A stretch of 64,000 nucleotides of DNA from Auanema rhodensis (lineage: Eukaryota; Animalia; Nematoda), in the NCBI GenBank assembly GCA_964057225.1, contig OZ059900.1, positions 24,552,001 through 24,616,000 of the forward strand, given 5' to 3'. Every line of letters begins with the position of its first letter. The stretch's first letter is position 1. The notes beneath the pieces are model-generated. The model made no database searches, had not been told where the DNA came from, and saw nothing but the letters and a program-made list of their open reading frames with translations. A program made the translations under genes and the position numbers. Below are positions 27,077 to 43,100 of the stretch, piece by piece.

Positions 27077-28102
27077 GTGGAACTAGACGTTGTACGAACA
27101 ATTTTGAGCTAGGTTTCATTGACATTGCATGAGTTTGAACACATGAAATCGTAAGTCAAAACCTTGTTTACAGCGAAATTTCCAAAAACTGGTTTTCCAG
27201 CATAATAAAATATTTCTCATGGGAAATACTGTGTTTTTGTATTTTTCTAGTGTTCAGCATGTAAAATGCTTCATTTTAGTATGTAACACGCTGAAATTCG
27301 TTGCATTTGACGACTCATATGAACAAAAATCGATTTAATCAATATTAGCCATAAGGGGCGTGCCCTCAGAATATGCTAATTTCCTTAATTTTCTAACCCC
27401 TGTTTTTTTGTCGTGAAAGTGGAACTAGACGTTGTACGAACAATTTTGAGCTAGGTTTCATTGACATTGCATGAGTTTGAACACATGAAATCGTAAGTCA
27501 AAACCTTGTTTACAGCGAAATTTCCAAAAACTGGTTTTCCAGCATAATAAAATATTTCTCATGGGAAATACTGTGTTTTTGTATTTTTCTAGTGTTCAGC
27601 ATGTAAAATGCTTCATTTTAGTATGTAACTCGCTGAAATTCGTTGCATTTGACGACTCATATGAACAAAAATCGATTTAATCAATATTAGCCATAAGGGG
27701 CGTGCCCTCAGAATATGCTAATTTCCTTAATTTTCTAACCCTTGTTTTTTTGTCGTGAAAGTGGAACTAGACGTTGTACGAACAATTTTGAGCTAGGTTT
27801 CATTGACATTGCATGAGTTTGAACACATGAAATCGTAAGTCAAAACCTTGTTTACAGCGAAATTTCCAAAAACTGGTTTTCCAGCATAATAAAATATTTC
27901 TCAAGGGAAATACTGTGTTTTTGTATTTTTCTAGTGTTCAGCATGTAAAATGCTTCCTTTTAGTATGTAACACGCTGAAATTCGTTGCATTTGACGACTC
28001 ATATGAACAAAAATCGATTTAATCAATATTAGCCATAAGGGGCGTGCCCTCAGAATATGCTAATTTCCTTAGTTTTCTAACCCCTGTTTTTTTGTCGTGA
28101 AA

Positions 28103-31100
28103 GTGGAACTAGACGTTGTACGAACAATTTTGAGCTAGGTTTCATTGACATTGCATGAGTTTGAACACATGAAATCGTAAGTCAAAACCTTGTTTACAGC
28201 GAAATTTCCAAAAACTGGTTTTCCAGCATAATAAAATATTTCTCATGGGAAATACTGTGTTTTTGTATTTTTCTAGTGTTCAGCATGTAAAATGCTTCAT
28301 TTTAGTATGTAACACGCTGAAATTCGTTGCATTTGACGACTCATATGAACAAAAATCGATTTATTCAATATTAGCCATAAGGGGCGTCCCCTCAGAATAT
28401 GCTAATTTCCTTAATTTTCTAACCCCTGTTTTTTTGTCGTGAAAGTGGAACTAGACGTTGTACGAACAATTTTGAGCTATGTTTCATTGACATTGCATGA
28501 GTTTGAACACATGAAATCGTAAGTCAAAACCTTGTTTACAGCGAAATTTCCAAAAACTGGTTTTCCAGCATAATAAAATATTTCTCATGGGAAATACTGT
28601 GTTTTTGTATTTTTCTAGTGTTCAGCATGTAAAATGCTTCATTTTAGTATGTAACTCGCTGAAATTCGTTGCATTTGACGACTCATATGAACAAAAATCG
28701 ATTTAATCAATATTAGCCATAAGGGGCGTGCCCTCAGAATATGCTAATTTCCTTAATTTTCTAACCCTTGTTTTTTTGTCGTGAAAGTGGAACTAGACGT
28801 TGTACGAACAATTTTGAGCTAGGTTTCATTGACATTGCATGAGTTTGAACACATGAAATCGTAAGTCAAAACCTTGTTTACAGCGAAATTTCCAAAAACT
28901 GGTTTTCCAGCATAATAAAATATTTCTCATGGGAAATACTGTGTTTTTGTATTTTTCTAGTGTTCAGCATGTAAAATGCTTCCTTTTAGTATGTAACACG
29001 CTGAAATTCGTTGCATTTGACAACTCATATGAACAAAAATCGATTTAATCAATATTAGCCATAAGGGGCGTGCCCTCAGAATATGCTAATTTCCTTAGTT
29101 TTCTAACCCCTGTTTTTTTGTCGTGAAAGTGGAACTAGACGTTGTACGAACAATTTTGAGCTAGGTTTCATTGACATTGCATGAGTTTGAACACATGAAA
29201 TCGTAAGTCAAAACCTTGTTTACAGCGAAATTTCCAAAAACTGGTTTTCCAGCATAATAAAATATTTCTCATGGGAAATACTGTGTTTTTGTATTTTTCT
29301 AGTGTTCAGCATGTAAAATGCTTCATTTTAGTATGTAACACGCTGAAATTCGTTGCATTTGACGACTCATATGAACAAAAATCGATTTAATCAATATTAG
29401 CCATAAGGGGCGTGCCCTCAAAATATGCTAATTTCCTTAATTTTCTAACCCCTGTTTTTTTGTCGTGAAAGTGGAACTAGACGTTGTACGAACAATTTTG
29501 AGCTAGGTTTCATTGACATTGCATGAGTTTGAACACATGAAATCGTAAGTCAAAACCTTGTTTACAGCGAAATTTCCAAAAACTGGTTTTCCAGCATAAT
29601 AAAATATTTCTCATGGGAAATACTGTGTTTTTGTATTTTTCTAGTGTTCAGCATGTAAAATGCTTCATTTTAGTATGTAACACGCTGAAATTCGTTGCAT
29701 TTGACGACTCATATGAACAAAAATCGATTTAATCAATATTAGCCATAAGGGGCGTGCCCTCAGAATATGCTAATTTCCTTAGTTTTCTAACCCCTGTTTT
29801 TTTGTCGTGAAAGTGGAACTAGACGTTGTACGAACAATTTTGAGCTAGGTTTCATTGACATTGCATGAGTTTGAACACATGAAATCGTAAGTCAAAACCT
29901 TGTTTACAGCGAAATTTCCAAAAACTGGTTTTCCAGCATAATAAAATATTTCTCATGGGAAATACTGTGTTTTTGTATTTTTCTAGTGTTCAGCATGTAA
30001 AATGCTTCATTTTAGTATGTAACACGCTGAAATTCGTTGCATTTGACGACTCATATGAACAAAAATCGATTTAATCAATATTAGCCATAAGGGGCGTGCC
30101 CTCAAAATATGCTAATTTCCTTAATTTTCTAACCCCTGTTTTTTTGTCGTGAAAGTGGAACTAGACGTTGTACGAACAATTTTGAGCTAGGTTTCATTGA
30201 CATTGCATGAGTTTGAACACATGAAATCGTAAGTCAAAACCTTGTTTACAGCGAAATTTCCAAAAACTGGTTTTCCAGCATAATAAAATATTTCTCATGG
30301 GAAATACTGTGTTTTTGTATTTTTCTAGTGTTCAGCATGTAAAATGCTTCATTTTAGTATGTAACACGCTGAAATTCGTTGCATTTGACGACTCATATGA
30401 ACAAAAATCGATTTAATCAATATTAGCCATAAGGGGCGTGCCCTCAGAATATGCTAATTTCCTTAGTTTTCTAACCCCTGTTTTTTTGTCGTGAAAGTGG
30501 AACTAGACGTTGTACGAACAATTTTGAGCTAGGTTTCATTGACATTGCATGAGTTTGAACACATGAAATCGTAAGTCAAAACCTTGTTTACAGCGAAATT
30601 TCCAAAAACTGGTTTTCCAGCATAATAAAATATTTCTCATGGGAAATACTGTGTTTTTGTATTTTTCTAGTGTTCAGCATGTAAAATGCTTCATTTTAGT
30701 ATGTAACACGCTGAAATTCGTTGCATTTGACGACTCATATGAACAAAAATCGATTTAATCAATATTAGCCATAAGGGGCGTGCCCTCAGAATATGCTAAT
30801 TTCCTTAATTTTCTAACCCCTGTTTTTTTGTCGTGAAAGTGGAACTAGACGTTGTACGAACAATTTTGAGCTAGGTTTCATTGACATTGCATGAGTTTGA
30901 ACACATGAAATCGTAAGTCAAAACCTTGTTTACAGCGAAACTTCCAAAAACTGGTTTTCCAGCATAATAAAATATTTCTCATGGGAAATACTGTGTTTTT
31001 GTATTTTTCTAGTGTTCAGCATGTAAAATGCTTCATTTTAGTATGTAACACGCTGAAATTCGTTGCATTTGACGACTCATATGAACAAAAATCGATTTAA

Positions 31101-34100
31101 TCAATATTAGCCATAAGGGGCGTGCCCTCAGAATATGCTAATTTCCTTAATTTTCTAACCCCTGTTTTTTTGTCGTGAAAGTGGAACTAGACGTTGTACG
31201 AACAATTTTGAGCTAGGTTTCATTGACATTGCATGAGTTTGAACACATGAAATCGTAAGTCAAAACCTTGTTTACAGCGAAATTTCCAAAAACTGGTTTT
31301 CCAGCATAATAAAATATTTCTCATGGGAAATACTGTGTTTTTGTATTTTTCTAGTGTTCAGCATGTAAAATGCTTCATTTTAGTATGTAACTCGCTGAAA
31401 TTCGTTGCATTTGACGACTCATATGAACAAAAATCGATTTAATCAATATTAGCCATAAGGGGCGTGCCCTCAGAATATGCTAATTTCCTTAATTTTCTAA
31501 CCCTTGTTTTTTTGTCGTGAAAGTGGAACTAGACGTTGTACGAACAATTTTGAGCTAGGTTTCATTGACATTGCATGAGTTTGAACACATGAAATCGTAA
31601 GTCAAAACCTTGTTTACAGCGAAATTTCCAAAAACTGGTTTTCCAGCATAATAAAATATTTCTCAAGGGAAATACTGTGTTTTTGTATTTTTCTAGTGTT
31701 CAGCATGTAAAATGCTTCCTTTTAGTATGTAACACGCTGAAATTCGTTGCATTTGACGACTCATATGAACAAAAATCGATTTAATCAATATTAGCCATAA
31801 GGGGCGTGCCCTCAGAATATGCTAATTTCCTTAGTTTTCTAACCCCTGTTTTTTTGTCGTGAAAGTGGAACTAGACGTTGTACGAACAATTTTGAGCTAG
31901 GTTTCATTGACATTGCATGAGTTTGAACACATGAAATCGTAAGTCAAAACCTTGTTTACAGCGAAATTTCCAAAAACTGGTTTTCCAGCATAATAAAATA
32001 TTTCTCATGGGAAATACTGTGTTTTTGTATTTTTCTAGTGTTCAGCATGTAAAATGCTTCATTTTAGTATGTAACACGCTGAAATTCGTTGCATTTGACG
32101 ACTCATATGAACAAAAATCGATTTATTCAATATTAGCCATAAGGGGCGTCCCCTCAGAATATGCTAATTTCCTTAATTTTCTAACCCCTGTTTTTTTGTC
32201 GTGAAAGTGGAACTAGACGTTGTACGAACAATTTTGAGCTATGTTTCATTGACATTGCATGAGTTTGAACACATGAAATCGTAAGTCAAAACCTTGTTTA
32301 CAGCGAAATTTCCAAAAACTGGTTTTCCAGCATAATAAAATATTTCTCATGGGAAATACTGTGTTTTTGTATTTTTCTAGTGTTCAGCATGTAAAATGCT
32401 TCATTTTAGTATGTAACTCGCTGAAATTCGTTGCATTTGACGACTCATATGAACAAAAATCGATTTAATCAATATTAGCCATAAGGGGCGTGCCCTCAGA
32501 ATATGCTAATTTCCTTAATTTTCTAACCCTTGTTTTTTTGTCGTGAAAGTGGAACTAGACGTTGTACGAACAATTTTGAGCTAGGTTTCATTGACATTGC
32601 ATGAGTTTGAACACATGAAATCGTAAGTCAAAACCTTGTTTACAGCGAAATTTCCAAAAACTGGTTTTCCAGCATAATAAAATATTTCTCATGGGAAATA
32701 CTGTGTTTTTGTATTTTTCTAGTGTTCAGCATGTAAAATGCTTCCTTTTAGTATGTAACACGCTGAAATTCGTTGCATTTGACGACTCATATGAACAAAA
32801 ATCGATTTAATCAATATTAGCCATAAGGGGCGTGCCCTCAGAATATGCTAATTTCCTTAGTTTTCTAACCCCTGTTTTTTTGTCGTGAAAGTGGAACTAG
32901 ACGTTGTACGAACAATTTTGAGCTAGGTTTCATTGACATTGCATGAGTTTGAACACATGAAATCGTAAGTCAAAACCTTGTTTACAGCGAAATTTCCAAA
33001 AACTGGTTTTCCAGCATAATAAAATATTTCTCATGGGAAATACTGTGTTTTTGTATTTTTCTAGTGTTCAGCATGTAAAATGCTTCATTTTAGTATGTAA
33101 CACGCTGAAATTCGTTGCATTTGACGACTCATATGAACAAAAATCGATTTAATCAATATTAGCCATAAGGGGCGTGCCCTCAGAATATGCTAATTTCCTT
33201 AATTTTCTAACCCCTGTTTTTTTGTCGTGAAAGTGGAACTAGACGTTGTACGAACAATTTTGAGCTATGTTTCATTGACATTGCATGAGTTTGAACACAT
33301 GAAATCGTAAGTCAAAACCTTGTTTACAGCGAAATTTCCAAAAACTGGTTTTCCAGCATAATAAAATATTTCTCATGGGAAATACTGTGTTTTTGTATTT
33401 TTCTAGTGTTCAGCATGTAAAATGCTTCATTTTAGTATGTAACACGCTGAAATTCGTTGCATTTGACGACTCATATGAACAAAAATCGATTTAATCAATA
33501 TTAGCCATAAGGGGCGTGCCCTCAGAATATGCTAATTTCCTTAATTTTCTAACCCTTGTTTTTTTGTCGTGAAAGTGGAACTAGACGTTGTACGAACAAT
33601 TTTGAGCTAGGTTTCATTGACATTGCATGAGTTTGAACACATGAAATCGTAAGTCAAAACCTTGTTTACAGCGAAATTTCCAAAAACTGGTTTTCCAGCA
33701 TAATAAAATATTTCTCATGGGAAATACTGTGTTTTTGTATTTTTCTAGTGTTCAGCATGTAAAATGCTTCATTTTAGTATGTAACATGCTGAAATTCGTT
33801 GCATTTGACGACTCATATGAACAAAAATCGATTTAATCAATATTAGCCATAAGGGGCGTGCCCTCAGAATATGCTAATTTCCTTAATTTTCTAACCCCTG
33901 TTTTTTTGTCGTGAAAGTGGAACTAGACGTTGTACGAACAATTTTGAGCTAGGTTTCATTGACATTGCATGAGTTTGAACACATGAAATCGTAAGTCAAA
34001 ACCTTGTTTACAGCGAAATTTCCAAAAACTGGTTTTCCAGCATAATAAAATATTTCTCATGGGAAATACTGTGTTTTTGTATTTTTCTAGTGTTCAGCAT

Positions 34101-37100
34101 GTAAAATGCTTCATTTTAGTATGTAACACGCTGAAATTCGTTGCATTTGACGACTCATATGAACAAAAATCGATTTAATCAATATTAGCCATAAGGGGCG
34201 TGCCCTCAGAATATGCTAATTTCCTTAATTTTCTAACCCCTGTTTTTTTGTCGTGAAAGTGGAACTAGACGTTGTACGAACAATTTTGAGCTAGGTTTCA
34301 TTGACATTGCATGAGTTTGAACACATGAAATCGTAAGTCAAAACCTTGTTTACAGCGAAATTTCCAAAAACTGGTTTTCCAGCATAATAAAATATTTCTC
34401 ATGGGAAATACTGTGTTTTTGTATTTTTCTAGGGTTCAGCATGTAAAATGCTTCATTTTAGTATGTAACTCGCTGAAATTCGTTGCATTTGACGACTCAT
34501 ATGAACAAAAATCGATTTAATCAATATTAGCCATAAGGGGCGTGCCCTCAGAATATGCTAATTTCCTTAATTTTCTAACCCTTGTTTTTTTGTCGTAAAA
34601 GTGGAACTAGACGTTGTACGAACAATTTTGAGCTAGGTTTCATTGACATTGCATGAGTTTGAACACATGAAATCGTAAGTCAAAACCTTGTTTACAGCGA
34701 AATTTCCAAAAACTGGTTTTCCAGCATAATAAAATATTTCTCAAGGGAAATACTGTGTTTTTGTATTTTTCTAGTGTTCAGCATGTAAAATGCTTCCTTT
34801 TAGTATGTAACACGCTGAAATTCGTTGCATTTGACGACTCATATGAACAAAAATCGATTTAATCAATATTAGCCATAAGGGGCGTGCCCTCAGAATATGC
34901 TAATTTCCTTAGTTTTCTAACCCCTGTTTTTTTGTCGTGAAAGTGGAACTAGACGTTGTACGAACAATTTTGAGCTAGGTTTCATTGACATTGCATGAGT
35001 TTGAACACATGAAATCGTAAGTCAAAACCTTGTTTACAGCGAAATTTCCAAAAACTGGTTTTCCAGCATAATAAAATATTTCTCATGGGAAATACTGTGT
35101 TTTTGTATTTTTCTAGTGTTCAGCATGTAAAATGCTTCATTTTAGTATGTAACACGCTGAAATTCGTTGCATTTGACGACTCATATGAACAAAAATCGAT
35201 TTATTCAATATTAGCCATAAGGGGCGTCCCCTCAGAATATGCTAATTTCCTTAATTTTCTAACCCCTGTTTTTTTGTCGTGAAAGTGGAACTAGACGTTG
35301 TACGAACAATTTTGAGCTATGTTTCATTGACATTGCATGAGTTTGAACACATGAAATCGTAAGTCAAAACCTTGTTTACAGCGAAATTTCCAAAAACTGG
35401 TTTTCCAGCATAATAAAATATTTCTCATGGGAAATACTGTGTTTTTGTATTTTTCTAGTGTTCAGCATGTAAAATGCTTCATTTTAGTATGTAACTCGCT
35501 GAAATTCGTTGCATTTGACGACTCATATGAACAAAAATCGATTTAATCAATATTAGCCATAAGGGGCGTGCCCTCAGAATATGCTAATTTCCTTAATTTT
35601 CTAACCCTTGTTTTTTTGTCGTGAAAGTGGAACTAGACGTTGTACGAACAATTTTGAGCTAGGTTTCATTGACATTGCATGAGTTTGAACACATGAAATC
35701 GTAAGTCAAAACCTTGTTTACAGCGAAATTTCCAAAAACTGGTTTTCCAGCATAATAAAATATTTCTCATGGGAAATACTGTGTTTTTGTATTTTTCTAG
35801 TGTTCAGCATGTAAAATGCTTCATTTTAGTATGTAACACGCTGAAATTCGTTGCATTTGACGACTCATATGAACAAAAATCGATTTATTCAATATTAGCC
35901 ATAAGGGGCGTCCCCTCAGAATATGCTAATTTCCTTAATTTTCTAACCCCTGTTTTTTTGTCGTGAAAGTGGAACTAGACGTTGTACGAACAATTTTGAG
36001 CTATGTTTCATTGACATTGCATGAGTTTGAACACATGAAATCGTAAGTCAAAACCTTGTTTACAGCGAAATTTCCAAAAACTGGTTTTCCAGCATAATAA
36101 AATATTTCTCATGGGAAATACTGTGTTTTTGTATTTTTCTAGTGTTCAGCATGTAAAATGCTTCATTTTAGTATGTAACTCGCTGAAATTCGTTGCATTT
36201 GACGACTCATATGAACAAAAATCGATTTAATCAATATTAGCCATAAGGGGCGTGCCCTCAGAATATGCTAATTTCCTTAATTTTCTAACCCTTGTTTTTT
36301 TGTCGTGAAAGTGGAACTAGACGTTGTACGAACAATTTTGAGCTAGGTTTCATTGACATTGCATGAGTTTGAACACATGAAATCGTAAGTCAAAACCTTG
36401 TTTACAGCGAAATTTCCAAAAACTGGTTTTCCAGCATAATAAAATATTTCTCATGGGAAATACTGTGTTTTTGTATTTTTCTAGTGTTCAGCATGTAAAA
36501 TGCTTCCTTTTAGTATGTAACACGCTGAAATTCGTTGCATTTGACAACTCATATGAACAAAAATCGATTTAATCAATATTAGCCATAAGGGGCGTGCCCT
36601 CAGAATATGCTAATTTCCTTAGTTTTCTAACCCCTGTTTTTTTGTCGTGAAAGTGGAACTAGACGTTGTACGAACAATTTTGAGCTAGGTTTCATTGACA
36701 TTGCATGAGTTTGAACACATGAAATCGTAAGTCAAAACCTTGTTTACAGCGAAATTTCCAAAAACTGGTTTTCCAGCATAATAAAATATTTCTCATGGGA
36801 AATACTGTGTTTTTGTATTTTTCTAGTGTTCAGCATGTAAAATGCTTCATTTTAGTATGTAACACGCTGAAATTCGTTGCATTTGACGACTCATATGAAC
36901 AAAAATCGATTTATTCAATATTAGCCATAAGGGGCGTCCCCTCAGAATATGCTAATTTCCTTAATTTTCTAACCCCTGTTTTTTTGTCGTGAAAGTGGAA
37001 CTAGACGTTGTACGAACAATTTTGAGCTATGTTTCATTGACATTGCATGAGTTTGAACACATGAAATCGTAAGTCAAAACCTTGTTTACAGCGAAATTTC

Positions 37101-40100
37101 CAAAAACTGGTTTTCCAGCATAATAAAATATTTCTCATGGGAAATACTGTGTTTTTGTATTTTTCTAGTGTTCAGCATGTAAAATGCTTCATTTTAGTAT
37201 GTAACTCGCTGAAATTCGTTGCATTTGACGACTCATATGAACAAAAATCGATTTAATCAATATTAGCCATAAGGGGCGTGCCCTCAGAATATGCTAATTT
37301 CCTTAATTTTCTAACCCTTGTTTTTTTGTCGTGAAAGTGGAACTAGACGTTGTACGAACAATTTTGAGCTAGGTTTCATTGACATTGCATGAGTTTGAAC
37401 ACATGAAATCGTAAGTCAAAACCTTGTTTACAGCGAAATTTCCAAAAACTGGTTTTCCAGCATAATAAAATATTTCTCATGGGAAATACTGTGTTTTTGT
37501 ATTTTTCTAGTGTTCAGCATGTAAAATGCTTCCTTTTAGTATGTAACACGCTGAAATTCGTTGCATTTGACAACTCATATGAACAAAAATCGATTTAATC
37601 AATATTAGCCATAAGGGGCGTGCCCTCAGAATATGCTAATTTCCTTAGTTTTCTAACCCCTGTTTTTTTGTCGTGAAAGTGGAACTAGACGTTGTACGAA
37701 CAATTTTGAGCTAGGTTTCATTGACATTGCATGAGTTTGAACACATGAAATCGTAAGTCAAAACCTTGTTTACAGCGAAATTTCCAAAAACTGGTTTTCC
37801 AGCATAATAAAATATTTCTCATGGGAAATACTGTGTTTTTGTATTTTTCTAGTGTTCAGCATGTAAAATGCTTCATTTTAGTATGTAACACGCTGAAATT
37901 CGTTGCATTTGACGACTCATATGAACAAAAATCGATTTAATCAATATTAGCCATAAGGGGCGTGCCCTCAAAATATGCTAATTTCCTTAATTTTCTAACC
38001 CCTGTTTTTTTGTCGTGAAAGTGGAACTAGACGTTGTACGAACAATTTTGAGCTAGGTTTCATTGACATTGCATGAGTTTGAACACATGAAATCGTAAGT
38101 CAAAACCTTGTTTACAGCGAAATTTCCAAAAACTGGTTTTCCAGCATAATAAAATATTTCTCATGGGAAATACTGTGTTTTTGTATTTTTCTAGTGTTCA
38201 GCATGTAAAATGCTTCATTTTAGTATGTAACACGCTGAAATTCGTTGCATTTGACGACTCATATGAACAAAAATCGATTTAATCAATATTAGCCATAAGG
38301 GGCGTGCCCTCAGAATATGCTAATTTCCTTAGTTTTCTAACCCCTGTTTTTTTGTCGTGAAAGTGGAACTAGACGTTGTACGAACAATTTTGAGCTAGGT
38401 TTCATTGACATTGCATGAGTTTGAACACATGAAATCGTAAGTCAAAACCTTGTTTACAGCGAAATTTCCAAAAACTGGTTTTCCAGCATAATAAAATATT
38501 TCTCATGGGAAATACTGTGTTTTTGTATTTTTCTAGTGTTCAGCATGTAAAATGCTTCATTTTAGTATGTAACACGCTGAAATTCGTTGCATTTGACGAC
38601 TCATATGAACAAAAATCGATTTAATCAATATTAGCCATAAGGGGCGTGCCCTCAAAATATGCTAATTTCCTTAATTTTCTAACCCCTGTTTTTTTGTCGT
38701 GAAAGTGGAACTAGACGTTGTACGAACAATTTTGAGCTAGGTTTCATTGACATTGCATGAGTTTGAACACATGAAATCGTAAGTCAAAACCTTGTTTACA
38801 GCGAAATTTCCAAAAACTGGTTTTCCAGCATAATAAAATATTTCTCATGGGAAATACTGTGTTTTTGTATTTTTCTAGTGTTCAGCATGTAAAATGCTTC
38901 ATTTTAGTATGTAACACGCTGAAATTCGTTGCATTTGACGACTCATATGAACAAAAATCGATTTAATCAATATTAGCCATAAGGGGCGTGCCCTCAGAAT
39001 ATGCTAATTTCCTTAGTTTTCTAACCCCTGTTTTTTTGTCGTGAAAGTGGAACTAGACGTTGTACGAACAATTTTGAGCTAGGTTTCATTGACATTGCAT
39101 GAGTTTGAACACATGAAATCGTAAGTCAAAACCTTGTTTACAGCGAAATTTCCAAAAACTGGTTTTCCAGCATAATAAAATATTTCTCATGGGAAATACT
39201 GTGTTTTTGTATTTTTCTAGTGTTCAGCATGTAAAATGCTTCATTTTAGTATGTAACACGCTGAAATTCGTTGCATTTGACGACTCATATGAACAAAAAT
39301 CGATTTAATCAATATTAGCCATAAGGGGCGTGCCCTCAGAATATGCTAATTTCCTTAATTTTCTAACCCCTGTTTTTTTGTCGTGAAAGTGGAACTAGAC
39401 GTTGTACGAACAATTTTGAGCTAGGTTTCATTGACATTGCATGAGTTTGAACACATGAAATCGTAAGTCAAAACCTTGTTTACAGCGAAACTTCCAAAAA
39501 CTGGTTTTCCAGCATAATAAAATATTTCTCATGGGAAATACTGTGTTTTTGTATTTTTCTAGTGTTCAGCATGTAAAATGCTTCATTTTAGTATGTAACA
39601 CGCTGAAATTCGTTGCATTTGACGACTCATATGAACAAAAATCGATTTAATCAATATTAGCCATAAGGGGCGTGCCCTCAGAATATGCTAATTTCCTTAA
39701 TTTTCTAACCCCTGTTTTTTTGTCGTGAAAGTGGAACTAGACGTTGTACGAACAATTTTGAGCTAGGTTTCATTGACATTGCATGAGTTTGAACACATGA
39801 AATCGTAAGTCAAAACCTTGTTTACAGCGAAATTTCCAAAAACTGGTTTTCCAGCATAATAAAATATTTCTCATGGGAAATACTGTGTTTTTGTATTTTT
39901 CTAGTGTTCAGCATGTAAAATGCTTCATTTTAGTATGTAACTCGCTGAAATTCGTTGCATTTGACGACTCATATGAACAAAAATCGATTTAATCAATATT
40001 AGCCATAAGGGGCGTGCCCTCAGAATATGCTAATTTCCTTAATTTTCTAACCCTTGTTTTTTTGTCGTGAAAGTGGAACTAGACGTTGTACGAACAATTT

Positions 40101-43100
40101 TGAGCTAGGTTTCATTGACATTGCATGAGTTTGAACACATGAAATCGTAAGTCAAAACCTTGTTTACAGCGAAATTTCCAAAAACTGGTTTTCCAGCATA
40201 ATAAAATATTTCTCAAGGGAAATACTGTGTTTTTGTATTTTTCTAGTGTTCAGCATGTAAAATGCTTCCTTTTAGTATGTAACACGCTGAAATTCGTTGC
40301 ATTTGACGACTCATATGAACAAAAATCGATTTAATCAATATTAGCCATAAGGGGCGTGCCCTCAGAATATGCTAATTTCCTTAGTTTTCTAACCCCTGTT
40401 TTTTTGTCGTGAAAGTGGAACTAGACGTTGTACGAACAATTTTGAGCTAGGTTTCATTGACATTGCATGAGTTTGAACACATGAAATCGTAAGTCAAAAC
40501 CTTGTTTACAGCGAAATTTCCAAAAACTGGTTTTCCAGCATAATAAAATATTTCTCATGGGAAATACTGTGTTTTTGTATTTTTCTAGTGTTCAGCATGT
40601 AAAATGCTTCATTTTAGTATGTAACACGCTGAAATTCGTTGCATTTGACGACTCATATGAACAAAAATCGATTTATTCAATATTAGCCATAAGGGGCGTC
40701 CCCTCAGAATATGCTAATTTCCTTAATTTTCTAACCCCTGTTTTTTTGTCGTGAAAGTGGAACTAGACGTTGTACGAACAATTTTGAGCTATGTTTCATT
40801 GACATTGCATGAGTTTGAACACATGAAATCGTAAGTCAAAACCTTGTTTACAGCGAAATTTCCAAAAACTGGTTTTCCAGCATAATAAAATATTTCTCAT
40901 GGGAAATACTGTGTTTTTGTATTTTTCTAGTGTTCAGCATGTAAAATGCTTCATTTTAGTATGTAACTCGCTGAAATTCGTTGCATTTGACGACTCATAT
41001 GAACAAAAATCGATTTAATCAATATTAGCCATAAGGGGCGTGCCCTCAGAATATGCTAATTTCCTTAATTTTCTAACCCTTGTTTTTTTGTCGTGAAAGT
41101 GGAACTAGACGTTGTACGAACAATTTTGAGCTAGGTTTCATTGACATTGCATGAGTTTGAACACATGAAATCGTAAGTCAAAACCTTGTTTACAGCGAAA
41201 TTTCCAAAAACTGGTTTTCCAGCATAATAAAATATTTCTCATGGGAAATACTGTGTTTTTGTATTTTTCTAGTGTTCAGCATGTAAAATGCTTCCTTTTA
41301 GTATGTAACACGCTGAAATTCGTTGCATTTGACGACTCATATGAACAAAAATCGATTTAATCAATATTAGCCATAAGGGGCGTGCCCTCAGAATATGCTA
41401 ATTTCCTTAGTTTTCTAACCCCTGTTTTTTTGTCGTGAAAGTGGAACTAGACGTTGTACGAACAATTTTGAGCTAGGTTTCATTGACATTGCATGAGTTT
41501 GAACACATGAAATCGTAAGTCAAAACCTTGTTTACAGCGAAATTTCCAAAAACTGGTTTTCCAGCATAATAAAATATTTCTCATGGGAAATACTGTGTTT
41601 TTGTATTTTTCTAGTGTTCAGCATGTAAAATGCTTCATTTTAGTATGTAACACGCTGAAATTCGTTGCATTTGACGACTCATATGAACAAAAATCGATTT
41701 AATCAATATTAGCCATAAGGGGCGTGCCCTCAGAATATGCTAATTTCCTTAATTTTCTAACCCCTGTTTTTTTGTCGTGAAAGTGGAACTAGACGTTGTA
41801 CGAACAATTTTGAGCTATGTTTCATTGACATTGCATGAGTTTGAACACATGAAATCGTAAGTCAAAACCTTGTTTACAGCGAAATTTCCAAAAACTGGTT
41901 TTCCAGCATAATAAAATATTTCTCATGGGAAATACTGTGTTTTTGTATTTTTCTAGTGTTCAGCATGTAAAATGCTTCATTTTAGTATGTAACTCGCTGA
42001 AATTCGTTGCATTTGACGACTCATATGAACAAAAATCGATTTAATCAATATTAGCCATAAGGGGCGTGCCCTCAGAATATGCTAATTTCCTTAATTTTCT
42101 AACCCTTGTTTTTTTGTCGTGAAAGTGGAACTAGACGTTGTACGAACAATTTTGAGCTAGGTTTCATTGACATTGCATGAGTTTGAACACATGAAATCGT
42201 AAGTCAAAACCTTGTTTACAGCGAAATTTCCAAAAACTGGTTTTCCAGCATAATAAAATATTTCTCATGGGAAATACTGTGTTTTTGTATTTTTCTAGTG
42301 TTCAGCATGTAAAATGCTTCATTTTAGTATGTAACATGCTGAAATTCGTTGCATTTGACGACTCATATGAACAAAAATCGATTTAATCAATATTAGCCAT
42401 AAGGGGCGTGCCCTCAGAATATGCTAATTTCCTTAATTTTCTAACCCCTGTTTTTTTGTCGTGAAAGTGGAACTAGACGTTGTACGAACAATTTTGAGCT
42501 AGGTTTCATTGACATTGCATGAGTTTGAACACATGAAATCGTAAGTCAAAACCTTGTTTACAGCGAAATTTCCAAAAACTGGTTTTCCAGCATAATAAAA
42601 TATTTCTCATGGGAAATACTGTGTTTTTGTATTTTTCTAGTGTTCAGCATGTAAAATGCTTCATTTTAGTATGTAACACGCTGAAATTCGTTGCATTTGA
42701 CGACTCATATGAACAAAAATCGATTTAATCAATATTAGCCATAAGGGGCGTGCCCTCAGAATATGCTAATTTCCTTAATTTTCTAACCCCTGTTTTTTTG
42801 TCGTGAAAGTGGAACTAGACGTTGTACGAACAATTTTGAGCTAGGTTTCATTGACATTGCATGAGTTTGAACACATGAAATCGTAAGTCAAAACCTTGTT
42901 TACAGCGAAATTTCCAAAAACTGGTTTTCCAGCATAATAAAATATTTCTCATGGGAAATACTGTGTTTTTGTATTTTTCTAGGGTTCAGCATGTAAAATG
43001 CTTCATTTTAGTATGTAACTCGCTGAAATTCGTTGCATTTGACGACTCATATGAACAAAAATCGATTTAATCAATATTAGCCATAAGGGGCGTGCCCTCA